From NCBI GenBank assembly GCA_045537315.1, contig JAZSPF010000042.1, forward strand, positions 1 through 44,054: a stretch of DNA of 44,054 bases, in the 5' to 3' direction. This DNA is from Acutalibacteraceae bacterium. Its GTDB lineage: Bacteria > Bacillota > Clostridia > Oscillospirales > Acutalibacteraceae. Shown in pieces: positions 17,122-24,869 of the stretch. The position numbers and the translations under genes are program-made. How positions within the stretch are numbered: the first letter of the stretch is position 1; the number at the start of each line of letters is the position of its first letter. Under the pieces are notes generated by a model. The model was not told where the DNA came from. It worked only from the letters and a program-made list of their open reading frames with translations, and made no database searches.

Positions 17122-18309
17122 ATGATTGCAGACGTTCTTACCGGCTTATGGGAATCTTCAGGCTTTGCGGCTCTTTTTGCCGATGGCACATTTCTGTGGC
17201 AGAACCTTGTTATGATTCTCGTTTCATTTGTACTCCTTTATTTTGCAATTGCAAAGAAGTGTGAGCCCCTTCTTCTCGTACCTATTGCTTTCGGTATTTT
17301 ACTTGCCAACCTTCCCGGTGCAGGTCTCATGGATGACCCCACAGGTCTTATGGATACCTCAAACATTGTTGAGGGTGCTCATTGGTACGACACAGGCGTG
17401 TTGAGACTTATATATGCCGGCGTTAAGTCGAGTATTTTCCCATGTCTTATTTTCCTTGGCATTGGATGTATGACAGACTTCGGACCGCTTCTTTCTAACC
17501 CGGTTTCACTTATTCTGGGTGCGGCAGCACAGCTCGGCATCTATGTTGCATTTATTATTGCAATTGTTCTCGGTTTTACTCCCGAGGAAGCTGCATCAAT
17601 AGCTATCATCGGCGGTGCAGACGGCCCCACGGCTATCTTCCTTACAGGCAAGCTTGCCAGCCACCTTTTAGGCCCCATCGCTGTTGCGGCTTATTCTTAC
17701 ATGGCTCTTATTCCTTTCATTCAGCCGCCCATTATGAAGGCTCTGACAACAGAAAAAGAGCGTAAAGTTGAAATGAAACAGCTTCGCAAGGTCAGCAAAA
17801 CAGAAAAGATTATCTTCCCTGTTGTTGTACTGGTAATCTGTGCATTCATTCTTCCCTCAGTTGCACCCCTTCTCGGTATGCTTATGCTGGGTAACCTGTT
17901 TAAGGAATGCGGTGTTGTTGACAGACTTTCAGACACAGCACAGAATGCACTTATGAATATTGTCACCATCCTTCTTGGTGTAACCGTAGGTGCAACAGCA
18001 AACGGACAGACCTTCCTGAGCCTACAGACCATTAAGATTGTTGTGCTTGGTCTTACAGCATTCGCTTTCTCAACAGTAGGCGGTCTGCTTCTTGGCAAGC
18101 TTCTTTACATTATCACCAAAGGCAAGGTTAATCCCCTTATCGGTGCCGCAGGCGTAAGCGCTGTTCCCATGGCGGCTCGTGTATGCCAGAACGAAGGCAG
18201 AAAGTATAACCCCAAAAACTTCCTTCTTATGCATGCTATGGGTCCCAATGTTGCCGGTGTTATCGGCTCGGCAGTTGCCGCAGGCTTCTTGCTGGCAATG
18301 TTCGGATAA
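17122..18309 (+). CDS. Na+-transporting decarboxylase beta subunit, copy 2
   Basis: 395 aa paralog of 15433-16536 ([29 protein letters not shown]). Starts 1 nt after the preceding stop. Confidence 0.85.
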   Translation: MIADVLTGLWESSGFAALFADGTFLWQNLVMILVSFVLLYFAIAKKCEPLLLVPIAFGILLANLPGAGLMDDPTGLMDTSNIVEGAHWYDTGVLRLIYAGVKSSIFPCLIFLGIGCMTDFGPLLSNPVSLILGAAAQLGIYVAFIIAIVLGFTPEEAASIAIIGGADGPTAIFLTGKLASHLLGPIAVAAYSYMALIPFIQPPIMKALTTEKERKVEMKQLRKVSKTEKIIFPVVVLVICAFILPSVAPLLGMLMLGNLFKECGVVDRLSDTAQNALMNIVTILLGVTVGATANGQTFLSLQTIKIVVLGLTAFAFSTVGGLLLGKLLYIITKGKVNPLIGAAGVSAVPMAARVCQNEGRKYNPKNFLLMHAMGPNVAGVIGSAVAAGFLLAMFG

Positions 18310-18320
18310 ATTTCATATAA

Positions 18321-18351
18321 AACAGTCTTGGTTTTCCAAGGCTGTTTTTTT
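18321..18351 (+). terminator. rho-independent terminator
   Basis: AACAGTCTTGG-tttt-CCAAGGCTGTT followed by TTTTTT. Confidence 0.8.
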
Positions 18352-18355
18352 ATGC

Positions 18356-18384
18356 TTGACGGTTTAAACTGCCAATGATATAAT
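18356..18384 (+). promoter_or_regulatory. promoter candidate
   Basis: TTGACG, 17 nt, TATAAT, 30 nt upstream of the ATG at 18414. Confidence 0.55.
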
Positions 18385-18413
18385 TAGGGTAACATATATT
18401 AAGGAGAAATACC

Positions 18414-18935
18414 ATGGCAAGAGCTTCCGTTAAAGAAAACAAAAACATCTATCACATCACAAGAGAAAATCTTGACCTGACAAGAGAAAGGGCAAGTGAA
18501 ATTCTTGAGGGTATGTCTCCCGAACGCATTGAAAAAATAGAAAACGAAAGAATTATTCCTCACCCTGAGGATATACTTTCTATGGCAAAGGGATACAAAG
18601 CACCCCATCTGTGTAATCACTACTGTTCACGGCAGTGTCCCATAGGACAGCAATATGTGCCTGAAATCAAGGTCTCCGAGCTGTCTCAGATAGTTCTCGA
18701 AATGCTGGCATATCTCAATTCTATGAATAACGAAAAGGACCGCCTTGTGGAAATTACCTATAACGGCAGAATAGACTCTCACGAAATGGATGATTTCATT
18801 CGCATACAGCAGAAGCTGGAGCATATTTCAGTTGCAACGGAATCCTTGCAGCTCTGGTGCGAAAAAATGCTTGCAACAGGTGCAATTGACAAAGAGGAAT
18901 ACGAGGTGCGCAAAAAGAATATTTACTCAAAGTAA
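18414..18935 (+). CDS. putative XRE-like HTH protein with a Cys-containing middle region
   Basis: 173 aa. The N-terminal LTRERASEILEGMSPERIEKIENERIIPHPEDILSMAKGY resembles an XRE HTH and is followed by CNHYCSRQCP. AGGAG RBS. Assignment is by eye only. Confidence 0.45.
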   Translation: MARASVKENKNIYHITRENLDLTRERASEILEGMSPERIEKIENERIIPHPEDILSMAKGYKAPHLCNHYCSRQCPIGQQYVPEIKVSELSQIVLEMLAYLNSMNNEKDRLVEITYNGRIDSHEMDDFIRIQQKLEHISVATESLQLWCEKMLATGAIDKEEYEVRKKNIYSK

Positions 18936-19103
18936 AGATAATTTGCTTTTTCAGTGAAATTAAGGCAGTCTATTTTGCTGAAAATATCATTTACTATATA
19001 TTTTATCTGCGGTATAATTAAGACAATCCAAATAAAAAATAAATCAGATGCATCGGTGTAAATATTTGGAGTGTGTGACAGATGCCAAAATGAGAAAAAC
19101 ATA

Positions 19104-19132
19104 TTGACAAACCGCGTCGCATATCATAATAT
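19104..19132 (+). promoter_or_regulatory. promoter candidate for nfeD-SPFH operon
   Basis: TTGACA, 17 nt, TAATAT. Confidence 0.45.
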
Positions 19133-19181
19133 TAAATTGTATCCGGATAATTTATGTCCGGAAGAAAAGGAGGTAGAAAGA

Positions 19182-19610
19182 GTGAAGGAAATGACAATTT
19201 TTTGGCTCGTTTCAATGATTGCGCTGTTTGTCATTGAAGCGGCAACGGTAAACCTTGTCACAGTCTGGTTTGCCTTCGGTGCTCTTGCGGCTCTTATCAC
19301 ATCTGTTGCAGGCGGTTCTTTATGGTTGCAGATAGTTCTGTTTATTGCAGTTACTATTATTACTCTCATACCGACAAGGGCTCTTGCGAAGAAGTTTTTT
19401 AACAAGAGCAAGCATCAGCCCACAAATGCAGATATGGTCATCGGCAAACCTTGTACCGTAACAGAGGAAATTGATAATCTCTCAGGTACGGGGGCAGTGA
19501 AGTGCCTTGGCAAAGAGTGGTCGGCACGAAGCGAAAGCGGCGAAAAAATAGAAAAAGGTACTGTTACAACAGTTGTCGCCATTGAAGGTGTAAAACTTAT
19601 TGTAAAGTAA
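19182..19610 (+). CDS. NfeD-family membrane protein
   Basis: Hydrophobic N-terminal half plus a C-terminal OB-like segment GKPCTVTEEIDNLSGTGAVKCLGKEWSARS...VKLIV. Start set at the GTG at 19182, 8 nt after AAGGAGG; the ATG at 19191 is an alternative. Confidence 0.8.
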   Translation: MKEMTIFWLVSMIALFVIEAATVNLVTVWFAFGALAALITSVAGGSLWLQIVLFIAVTIITLIPTRALAKKFFNKSKHQPTNADMVIGKPCTVTEEIDNLSGTGAVKCLGKEWSARSESGEKIEKGTVTTVVAIEGVKLIVK

Positions 19611-19641
19611 AAAAAATTATATTTAAAAGGAGATTTTTATT

Positions 19642-20547
19642 ATGGAATTTGGTTTCGGATTTTTAATTTTAGCAGTTCTCACAATTATCGTTGTTGCAAT
19701 TCTTATCAAAAACATCAGAGTTGTTCAGCAGGCAAAGGCATTTGTTATTGAGCGTCTCGGCGCATATCAGACCACATGGACTGTTGGCCTTCACTTTAAA
19801 ATTCCCTTTATCGAGAAGGTTGCAAAGGTTGTTTCACTTAAGGAGCAGGTTGTTGACTTCCCGCCTCAGCCCGTTATCACAAAAGATAACGTTACAATGC
19901 AGATTGACACTGTTATCTATTTCCAAATTACAGACCCGAAGATGTATACCTACGGTGTTGAGCATCCTCTGACAGCTATCGAGAACCTCACGGCAACTAC
20001 ACTTCGTAACATCATCGGTGAACTTGAGCTTGACCAGACTCTTACCTCACGTGACATCATTAACAGCAAGATGCGTGCAATTCTTGACGAAGCAACAGAC
20101 CCCTGGGGTATCAAGGTTAACAGAGTTGAGCTTAAGAACATCATTCCTCCCAGAGAAATTCAGGACGCAATGGAAAAGCAGATGAAGGCTGAGCGTGAAC
20201 GCCGTGAATCAATCCTCAAGGCAGAGGGTGAAAAGAAGAGTGCAATCCTTCTTGCGGAAGGTGAAAGAGAATCAGCTATTCTTCGTGCAGATGCTCAGAA
20301 GCAGTCACATATTCTTGAGGCTGAGGGTCAGGCAGAGGCAATTATCAAGGTTCAGCAGGCTACTGCAGAAGGTATCCGCCTTCTCAATGAGGCAGGCGCA
20401 AGCGAAGAAGTTATCAAGCTTCGTGCTCTTGAAGCATTCCAGGCTGCTGCAGACGGTAAGGCAACAAAGATTATTATCCCTTCAGAGATTCAGGGACTTG
20501 CAGGTCTTGCTTCTTCCTTCAAGGAAGTTATCACGGATGTGAAATAA
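19642..20547 (+). CDS. SPFH/band-7 (stomatin-like) protein
   Basis: 301 aa with an N-terminal TM, an SPFH core and a C-terminal coiled-coil (ERERRESILKAEGEKKSAILLAEGERESAIL). The pairing with NfeD is the classical arrangement. Confidence 0.9.
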   Translation: MEFGFGFLILAVLTIIVVAILIKNIRVVQQAKAFVIERLGAYQTTWTVGLHFKIPFIEKVAKVVSLKEQVVDFPPQPVITKDNVTMQIDTVIYFQITDPKMYTYGVEHPLTAIENLTATTLRNIIGELELDQTLTSRDIINSKMRAILDEATDPWGIKVNRVELKNIIPPREIQDAMEKQMKAERERRESILKAEGEKKSAILLAEGERESAILRADAQKQSHILEAEGQAEAIIKVQQATAEGIRLLNEAGASEEVIKLRALEAFQAAADGKATKIIIPSEIQGLAGLASSFKEVITDVK

Positions 20548-20563
20548 GGAAACTAATATAAAC

Positions 20564-20594
20564 AAAGGCAGAGGAGTTGCTTCCTCTGCCTTTT
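20564..20594 (+). terminator. rho-independent terminator
   Basis: GGCAGAGGA-gttgct-TCCTCTGCC followed by TTTT. Confidence 0.8.
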
Positions 20595-20595
20595 G

Positions 20596-21514
20596 GTTGT
20601 TTTTAGCATTTTTAGATTCTCGATAAAATCGCAGATTTTGTCATATTAAGCCGAAGCCATTTCATTCATGCACCTTCAGGTGCATATTGGGAATTCGGAA
20701 CTATGAATTAAATAGCTGCCCGATAGTGGACAGCTCTTTTTATATTTATCAGGCAAAACTTTCCCGCTTCGGAAACTGCATACAGACGAAGGCGGGATGA
20801 GGCTTTTAAAAAGCATCGTATTATGTAAATTATATAAGCTTATAAAAAAGCACCGACTTTTTCGCTTCGTAGTCTGGCAGTTGAAGGCGGACTACGGCTG
20901 TATTGAAAAAGTACAAGCTACGAAACAGAACGAGAGCGCCTTTGCGTCTCGGCGCCCCTGAAAGGGGAGCTGTCAAAATCATTCTATGATTTTGACTGAG
21001 GGGTTCTTGTCGCTCCGGACAAAGGAAGTGCCATAGCGGCATGAGCGTAAAGAAGCTGACCTTTTGCTGTTTACTGATAAATGTGGAAATCAGTTCAGTT
21101 AAGGTTCCTCTTTCACAAGGCTATAAGTCTCTACTCCGCTCGCCACGGGGGCATTACTTTTGCACAGGCGAGCGCAAAAGTAATCAAAAGCGCCCTTTTT
21201 AGTGGATGTAAGTCGCAGGGCGACTTCGCCGAGGAAGTTTCATCATACTCTTACTAACTGCCTTTTCTGCGCATCTTCTATTTGGGAAGAAGTTATTCCT
21301 TATCGGCAAAGTCACATAGCTACTCTCTTCCTTACAGCTGCTTTTTTCCCAACTGCTCTATTTAAAACGGGTGCTAATAAAGGATACCGCTACTTTATCT
21401 TTTTTATACGCTCTCTACCGTGCGTGTTCTTTTGTTCTGCTTTAATTCATTCACTGCTCGCTCCCGGAGACGCTATGAGATGTTTTTCTTAGTGATTCGG
21501 GGAGGTTTGCTTTA
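20596..21514. other. ORF-free, hairpin-dense intergenic region (about 0.9 kb; 1.1 kb including repeat copy B)
   Basis: No ORF here has an RBS or a plausible composition. There are at least 9 short perfect hairpins (e.g. 20622-20642, 20668-20685, 20868-20896, 20972-20996, 21153-21184, 21211-21225), followed by a pyrimidine-rich tract at about 21240-21480. Confidence 0.7.
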
Positions 21515-21626
21515 CTGACGATTTTGGTTAGTTTGATGAAGAGGTGGCGGCTCCACAAAAATCGCTTTGCGATTTTGGGCGACGGTGTCGCTTGCCGAAT
21601 GAAATTCGGCAGTGGAGCCGCCGCAA
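21515..21626 (+). repeat. four-helix-junction repeat, copy B
   Basis: 5' hairpin CTGAC-gattttg-GTTAG. P1 GGCGGCTCCAC/GTGGAGCCGCC (21546-56/21612-22), P2 AAAATCGC-TTT-GCGATTTT, P3 GCGAC-GGT-GTCGC, P4 TGCCGAAT-GAA-ATTCGGCA. Confidence 0.85.
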
Positions 21627-21667
21627 GCGGTTACCTGCAGTTACTTCCTTGTTACTGATAAGAGAAC

Positions 21668-21701
21668 ATAAAAAAACGGCTCCCCTGTGGAAGCCGTTTG
21701 G
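21668..21701 (-). terminator. rho-independent terminator of fba
   Basis: On the minus strand: AAACGGCTTCC-aca-GGGGAGCCGTTT followed by TTTTTTT. Confidence 0.8.
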
Positions 21702-21710
21702 AATTTTATC

Positions 21711-22646
21711 TTATGCCTTGTCAGCACAGCCGAGAACTGTCTCGATCTTGTGTGATACAACGCCTTCAATAGCATCTCTTGCAGGTGTGAGATACTGTCT
21801 GGGGTCGAAGTGCTTGGGATTTTCGCTGAAGTGCTTACGAACAGCAGCTGTCATAGCGATGCGGATGTCTGAGTCAACATTGATCTTGCAAACAGCCATT
21901 GATGCAGCTTCACGAAGCATATCTTCGGGGATACCGATAGCATCGGGCATTTCGCCGCCGTATGCATTGATTGTCTTAACATCTTCCTGGTTAACTGATG
22001 AAGCACCGTGAAGTACGATGGGGAAACCGGGGAGCTTTTCTTCAACAGCCTTAAGGATATCGAAACGAAGCTGGGGCTTCTGACCGGGCTTGAACTTGTA
22101 AGCGCCGTGGCTTGTACCGATAGCAATAGCAAGTGAGTCAACGCCTGTTCTTGTTACGAAATCGTAAACCTGATCGGGGTCTGTGAAGTTTGCATCTTCT
22201 TCGCTTACGTTAACGTCGTCTTCGATGCCTGCAAGCTGACCGAGTTCGCCTTCAACAACACAGCCGTGTGCGTGAGCGTAGTCAACAACCTGCTTTGTAA
22301 GAGCAACGTTTTCTTCATAGGGAAGGTGTGAGCCGTCGATCATAACTGATGTGAAGCCGCCGTCGATGCAAGCCTTACATGTTTCAAAATCGGGGCCGTG
22401 GTCAAGGTGAAGAGCGATGGGAAGACCTGTTTCTTCTGCAGCAGCCTTAACCATAGCAACAAGATAGCCGTGTGAAGCGTACTTTCTTGCGCCTGCAGAA
22501 ACCTGAAGGATAACGGGTGAGTTGTGCTTCTTAGCAGCTCTTGTGATACCCTGGATGATTTCCATGTTGTTTACGTTGAATGCACCGACAGCATAGCCGC
22601 CTTTGTATGCATCTTCGAACATTTTTTTTGTTGTTACTAATGCCAT
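21711..22646 (-). CDS. fba: class II fructose-1,6-bisphosphate aldolase
   Basis: Motifs LHLDHG and VMIDGSHL, and a length of about 311 aa. Start set to the ATG at 22646, 8 nt after AAAGGAG. Confidence 0.93.
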   Translation of the reverse strand: MALVTTKKMFEDAYKGGYAVGAFNVNNMEIIQGITRAAKKHNSPVILQVSAGARKYASHGYLVAMVKAAAEETGLPIALHLDHGPDFETCKACIDGGFTSVMIDGSHLPYEENVALTKQVVDYAHAHGCVVEGELGQLAGIEDDVNVSEEDANFTDPDQVYDFVTRTGVDSLAIAIGTSHGAYKFKPGQKPQLRFDILKAVEEKLPGFPIVLHGASSVNQEDVKTINAYGGEMPDAIGIPEDMLREAASMAVCKINVDSDIRIAMTAAVRKHFSENPKHFDPRQYLTPARDAIEGVVSHKIETVLGCADKA

Positions 22647-22718
22647 TGTAGACACTCCTTTATAATAAAATGTTTTTTACCTTATTGAGACTTAGTATAC
22701 CCTATTGCTCGCCTGTTG

Positions 22719-24854
22719 TCAAGCAGTGGGAGTATAAACAAGTGCAAAGCAGTGTGAACGGATTCTGCCGCCCATAACCTTGATGCGGAAATCATAACCT
22801 GTGATAACCTTGCCGCCCACATTTATTGTGGAAACATAGCCCACGTCATTTTTGACAGCCTGATCGTGTGTAACGATAGTCAGCCATGTTGAGGGGTCAC
22901 CTGAGAGTGTTACTCCCAGATCAGAATTACCTTCAACAAGTGATTTGAAATCATCGCTTGAAATTGAATATACACTCTTGAAATCCTCGTGAAGATAATC
23001 GCCGTAGCTCTTTCTGGCACCGGTGAGGTAAGGCACTGTTGTGCCGCCGGTATTGCCCCAAACATTATAATATGAGGTTGTTGTACCTGCACTCATTGCG
23101 TGGAAAGGAGTAAGCGCAGTCTGACCGCCGTGAGTGATATAGAAGCCGTTTTCCATAACCTCGTCAACAACGGTGTAAACTACCTGTGAGGGTGTCGAGG
23201 CTGAGAATGCGTGAGCATCCTTGGAAACATTATAGCTGTAATGCTTGGCAAAATTATAAATTGCAACGCACTGAGCTTTAAGTGCTTCCTTGTGGAAAGA
23301 GGAACCCATTTCGCTTTCGAGGGCTCTTGCCAGATACTCTCTTGTTTCATATTCATTACCTGCATAGGTGATCTTCTGGGGGTACGGGTCGCCTGTGACG
23401 ATTGCTGTGTTGGCATCATAGTAATAGTGAGCGAGTATCTGCGCCCATGTCCAGCCCTGATTTGCAAGGTAGTTTGCACCTGTCTGGCTCATGCCTACAC
23501 CGTGTCCGTAGCCGAAAACATAGAAGGTGAAAATACCCTTTGTTGAAGGCTGGGGAGCAACCGTGGGTGTTGCTGAAACATCTGCGGCAGAGGGTTCGGG
23601 AGCAATATTCACAACACCGCCTAAGGTTGTGCCGCCGAAGGGGTCAGTTGTTGAAGGGAAGTTCTGACCAGGGTCAACATCGGGATTATTAACATTGATG
23701 TCGTTTGTGGGAGGTACGTTTGTAGTAGGCTCGTCTTTATCGAGGAAGCCGAAAACTAAAATGATAGGAGCAATAAGTGCAACAAGAATAATTGCCGCTG
23801 CAATGGCTATCATTTTTTTGTCAGGCTTTTTTGCTTCGGGCTTTTTCGGCTCTGCAGGAGCCTTGGCTCTTTTTTCACTTTCGAGCTTTTTGACAACCAT
23901 GTCACAAAGCAGTGTCAGAGCGTGGGGAAGAATAACGCCTAATTTATCGGGGTCACTTATGTTTATCTTTTTTGCTTTAGCTGTTTCGGCGTCAACAAGA
24001 GCAGCATAAACGAAGTACACCGTTTCGCCGTCCTCATTTTCTGTGGAATAAATGTCCGATACGGCACCTCCGAAATCAGTGCCGACGCTGAGCATAGCCT
24101 CTTTTGCATGGCGTATAATAACGGCGCTTTCACTTTCTGCCGTGCTTTCTTCCTCTGAGTCATCGTCACCTATTTCTATAAACTTAACAGAGTCTGTAAG
24201 ATAGTCTATTTTATCATAGAGATTATAGACCCACATTGAAGCTTCGCCTGTTACGAGAGCTATTGATTTTTCCTCTTCTGAGAGAGCCTTAACCATATCG
24301 GAAACGGCAGGTTCAAGGTCATAATCGGGCATAATGATTTCATTTTCAACGCCCTGCTGCTGAAGCTGCTCTTCTCTGCCGATGATTTTATCTTTAAGGG
24401 TGGCGAGAATGCCGTCAACTCTCATAAAGTCAAGGGGCAGACAGGTTAATCTGCCTGAGAGAGCCTGCAGTGAGAAGCCGCTGTAAAGACCGTCTTCACT
24501 TAAAAGAGGCACAGCACCGTGCATTATAAGGCTGTGACCTGAAAGGTCCAGATCTGCAAGCGAGTCGCCTACATTTTTCGCAATAGTTTCTGCAATTTCA
24601 CTCGAAGAGAGTTCACCGTAGCCGATTTTACCTATAACGGCACGCTTTACAAGATTATAATCGTTGTTCTCTGCCGCAACAAGCACATGTTCACCGTCTT
24701 CAAGGGCGGGAATAAGAGCCTCCAGCAAATCGTCATAACTTTCATATCTCGCAATATTTTCTTCTGCAAGACCCTTTTCCTCAAGGGTGAGGCAGATTTT
24801 AAAAACGGTATCCGATGAAAAAGCTGAAAGGTCATTTAAAATAAACAGTTTCAT
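22719..24854 (-). CDS. SpoIID/LytB-domain protein with large N-terminal cytoplasmic domain and one TM
   Basis: 711 aa. TM is IAIAAAIILVALIAPIILVF. The C-terminal domain carries the SpoIID signature GYGHGVGMSQTGANYLA. GGAGG RBS. Confidence 0.8.
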   Translation of the reverse strand: MKLFILNDLSAFSSDTVFKICLTLEEKGLAEENIARYESYDDLLEALIPALEDGEHVLVAAENNDYNLVKRAVIGKIGYGELSSSEIAETIAKNVGDSLADLDLSGHSLIMHGAVPLLSEDGLYSGFSLQALSGRLTCLPLDFMRVDGILATLKDKIIGREEQLQQQGVENEIIMPDYDLEPAVSDMVKALSEEEKSIALVTGEASMWVYNLYDKIDYLTDSVKFIEIGDDDSEEESTAESESAVIIRHAKEAMLSVGTDFGGAVSDIYSTENEDGETVYFVYAALVDAETAKAKKINISDPDKLGVILPHALTLLCDMVVKKLESEKRAKAPAEPKKPEAKKPDKKMIAIAAAIILVALIAPIILVFGFLDKDEPTTNVPPTNDINVNNPDVDPGQNFPSTTDPFGGTTLGGVVNIAPEPSAADVSATPTVAPQPSTKGIFTFYVFGYGHGVGMSQTGANYLANQGWTWAQILAHYYYDANTAIVTGDPYPQKITYAGNEYETREYLARALESEMGSSFHKEALKAQCVAIYNFAKHYSYNVSKDAHAFSASTPSQVVYTVVDEVMENGFYITHGGQTALTPFHAMSAGTTTSYYNVWGNTGGTTVPYLTGARKSYGDYLHEDFKSVYSISSDDFKSLVEGNSDLGVTLSGDPSTWLTIVTHDQAVKNDVGYVSTINVGGKVITGYDFRIKVMGGRIRSHCFALVYTPTA

Positions 24855-24869
24855 TGTTTTTACCTCCGA

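Noticed and set aside
21546-21622. The 77-nt four-helix element as a tRNA gene or pseudogene.
   Set aside because: The closing helix is 11 bp rather than 7. All three arms end in 3-nt loops. There is no 7-nt anticodon loop, no GTTCRA T-loop and no D-loop GG. Junction linkers are almost absent.
20830-22011. ORFs of 70, 96 and 155 aa (20830-21042 minus, 21202-21492 plus, 21544-22011 plus) in or next to the large non-coding region.
   Set aside because: They have no RBS and an implausible Cys/Phe/Arg/Ser-rich composition. The 155-aa ORF starts inside repeat copy B and runs antisense into fba. The ORFs at 4928-5134, 31538-31789 and 41380-41565 are likewise generated by repeat elements.
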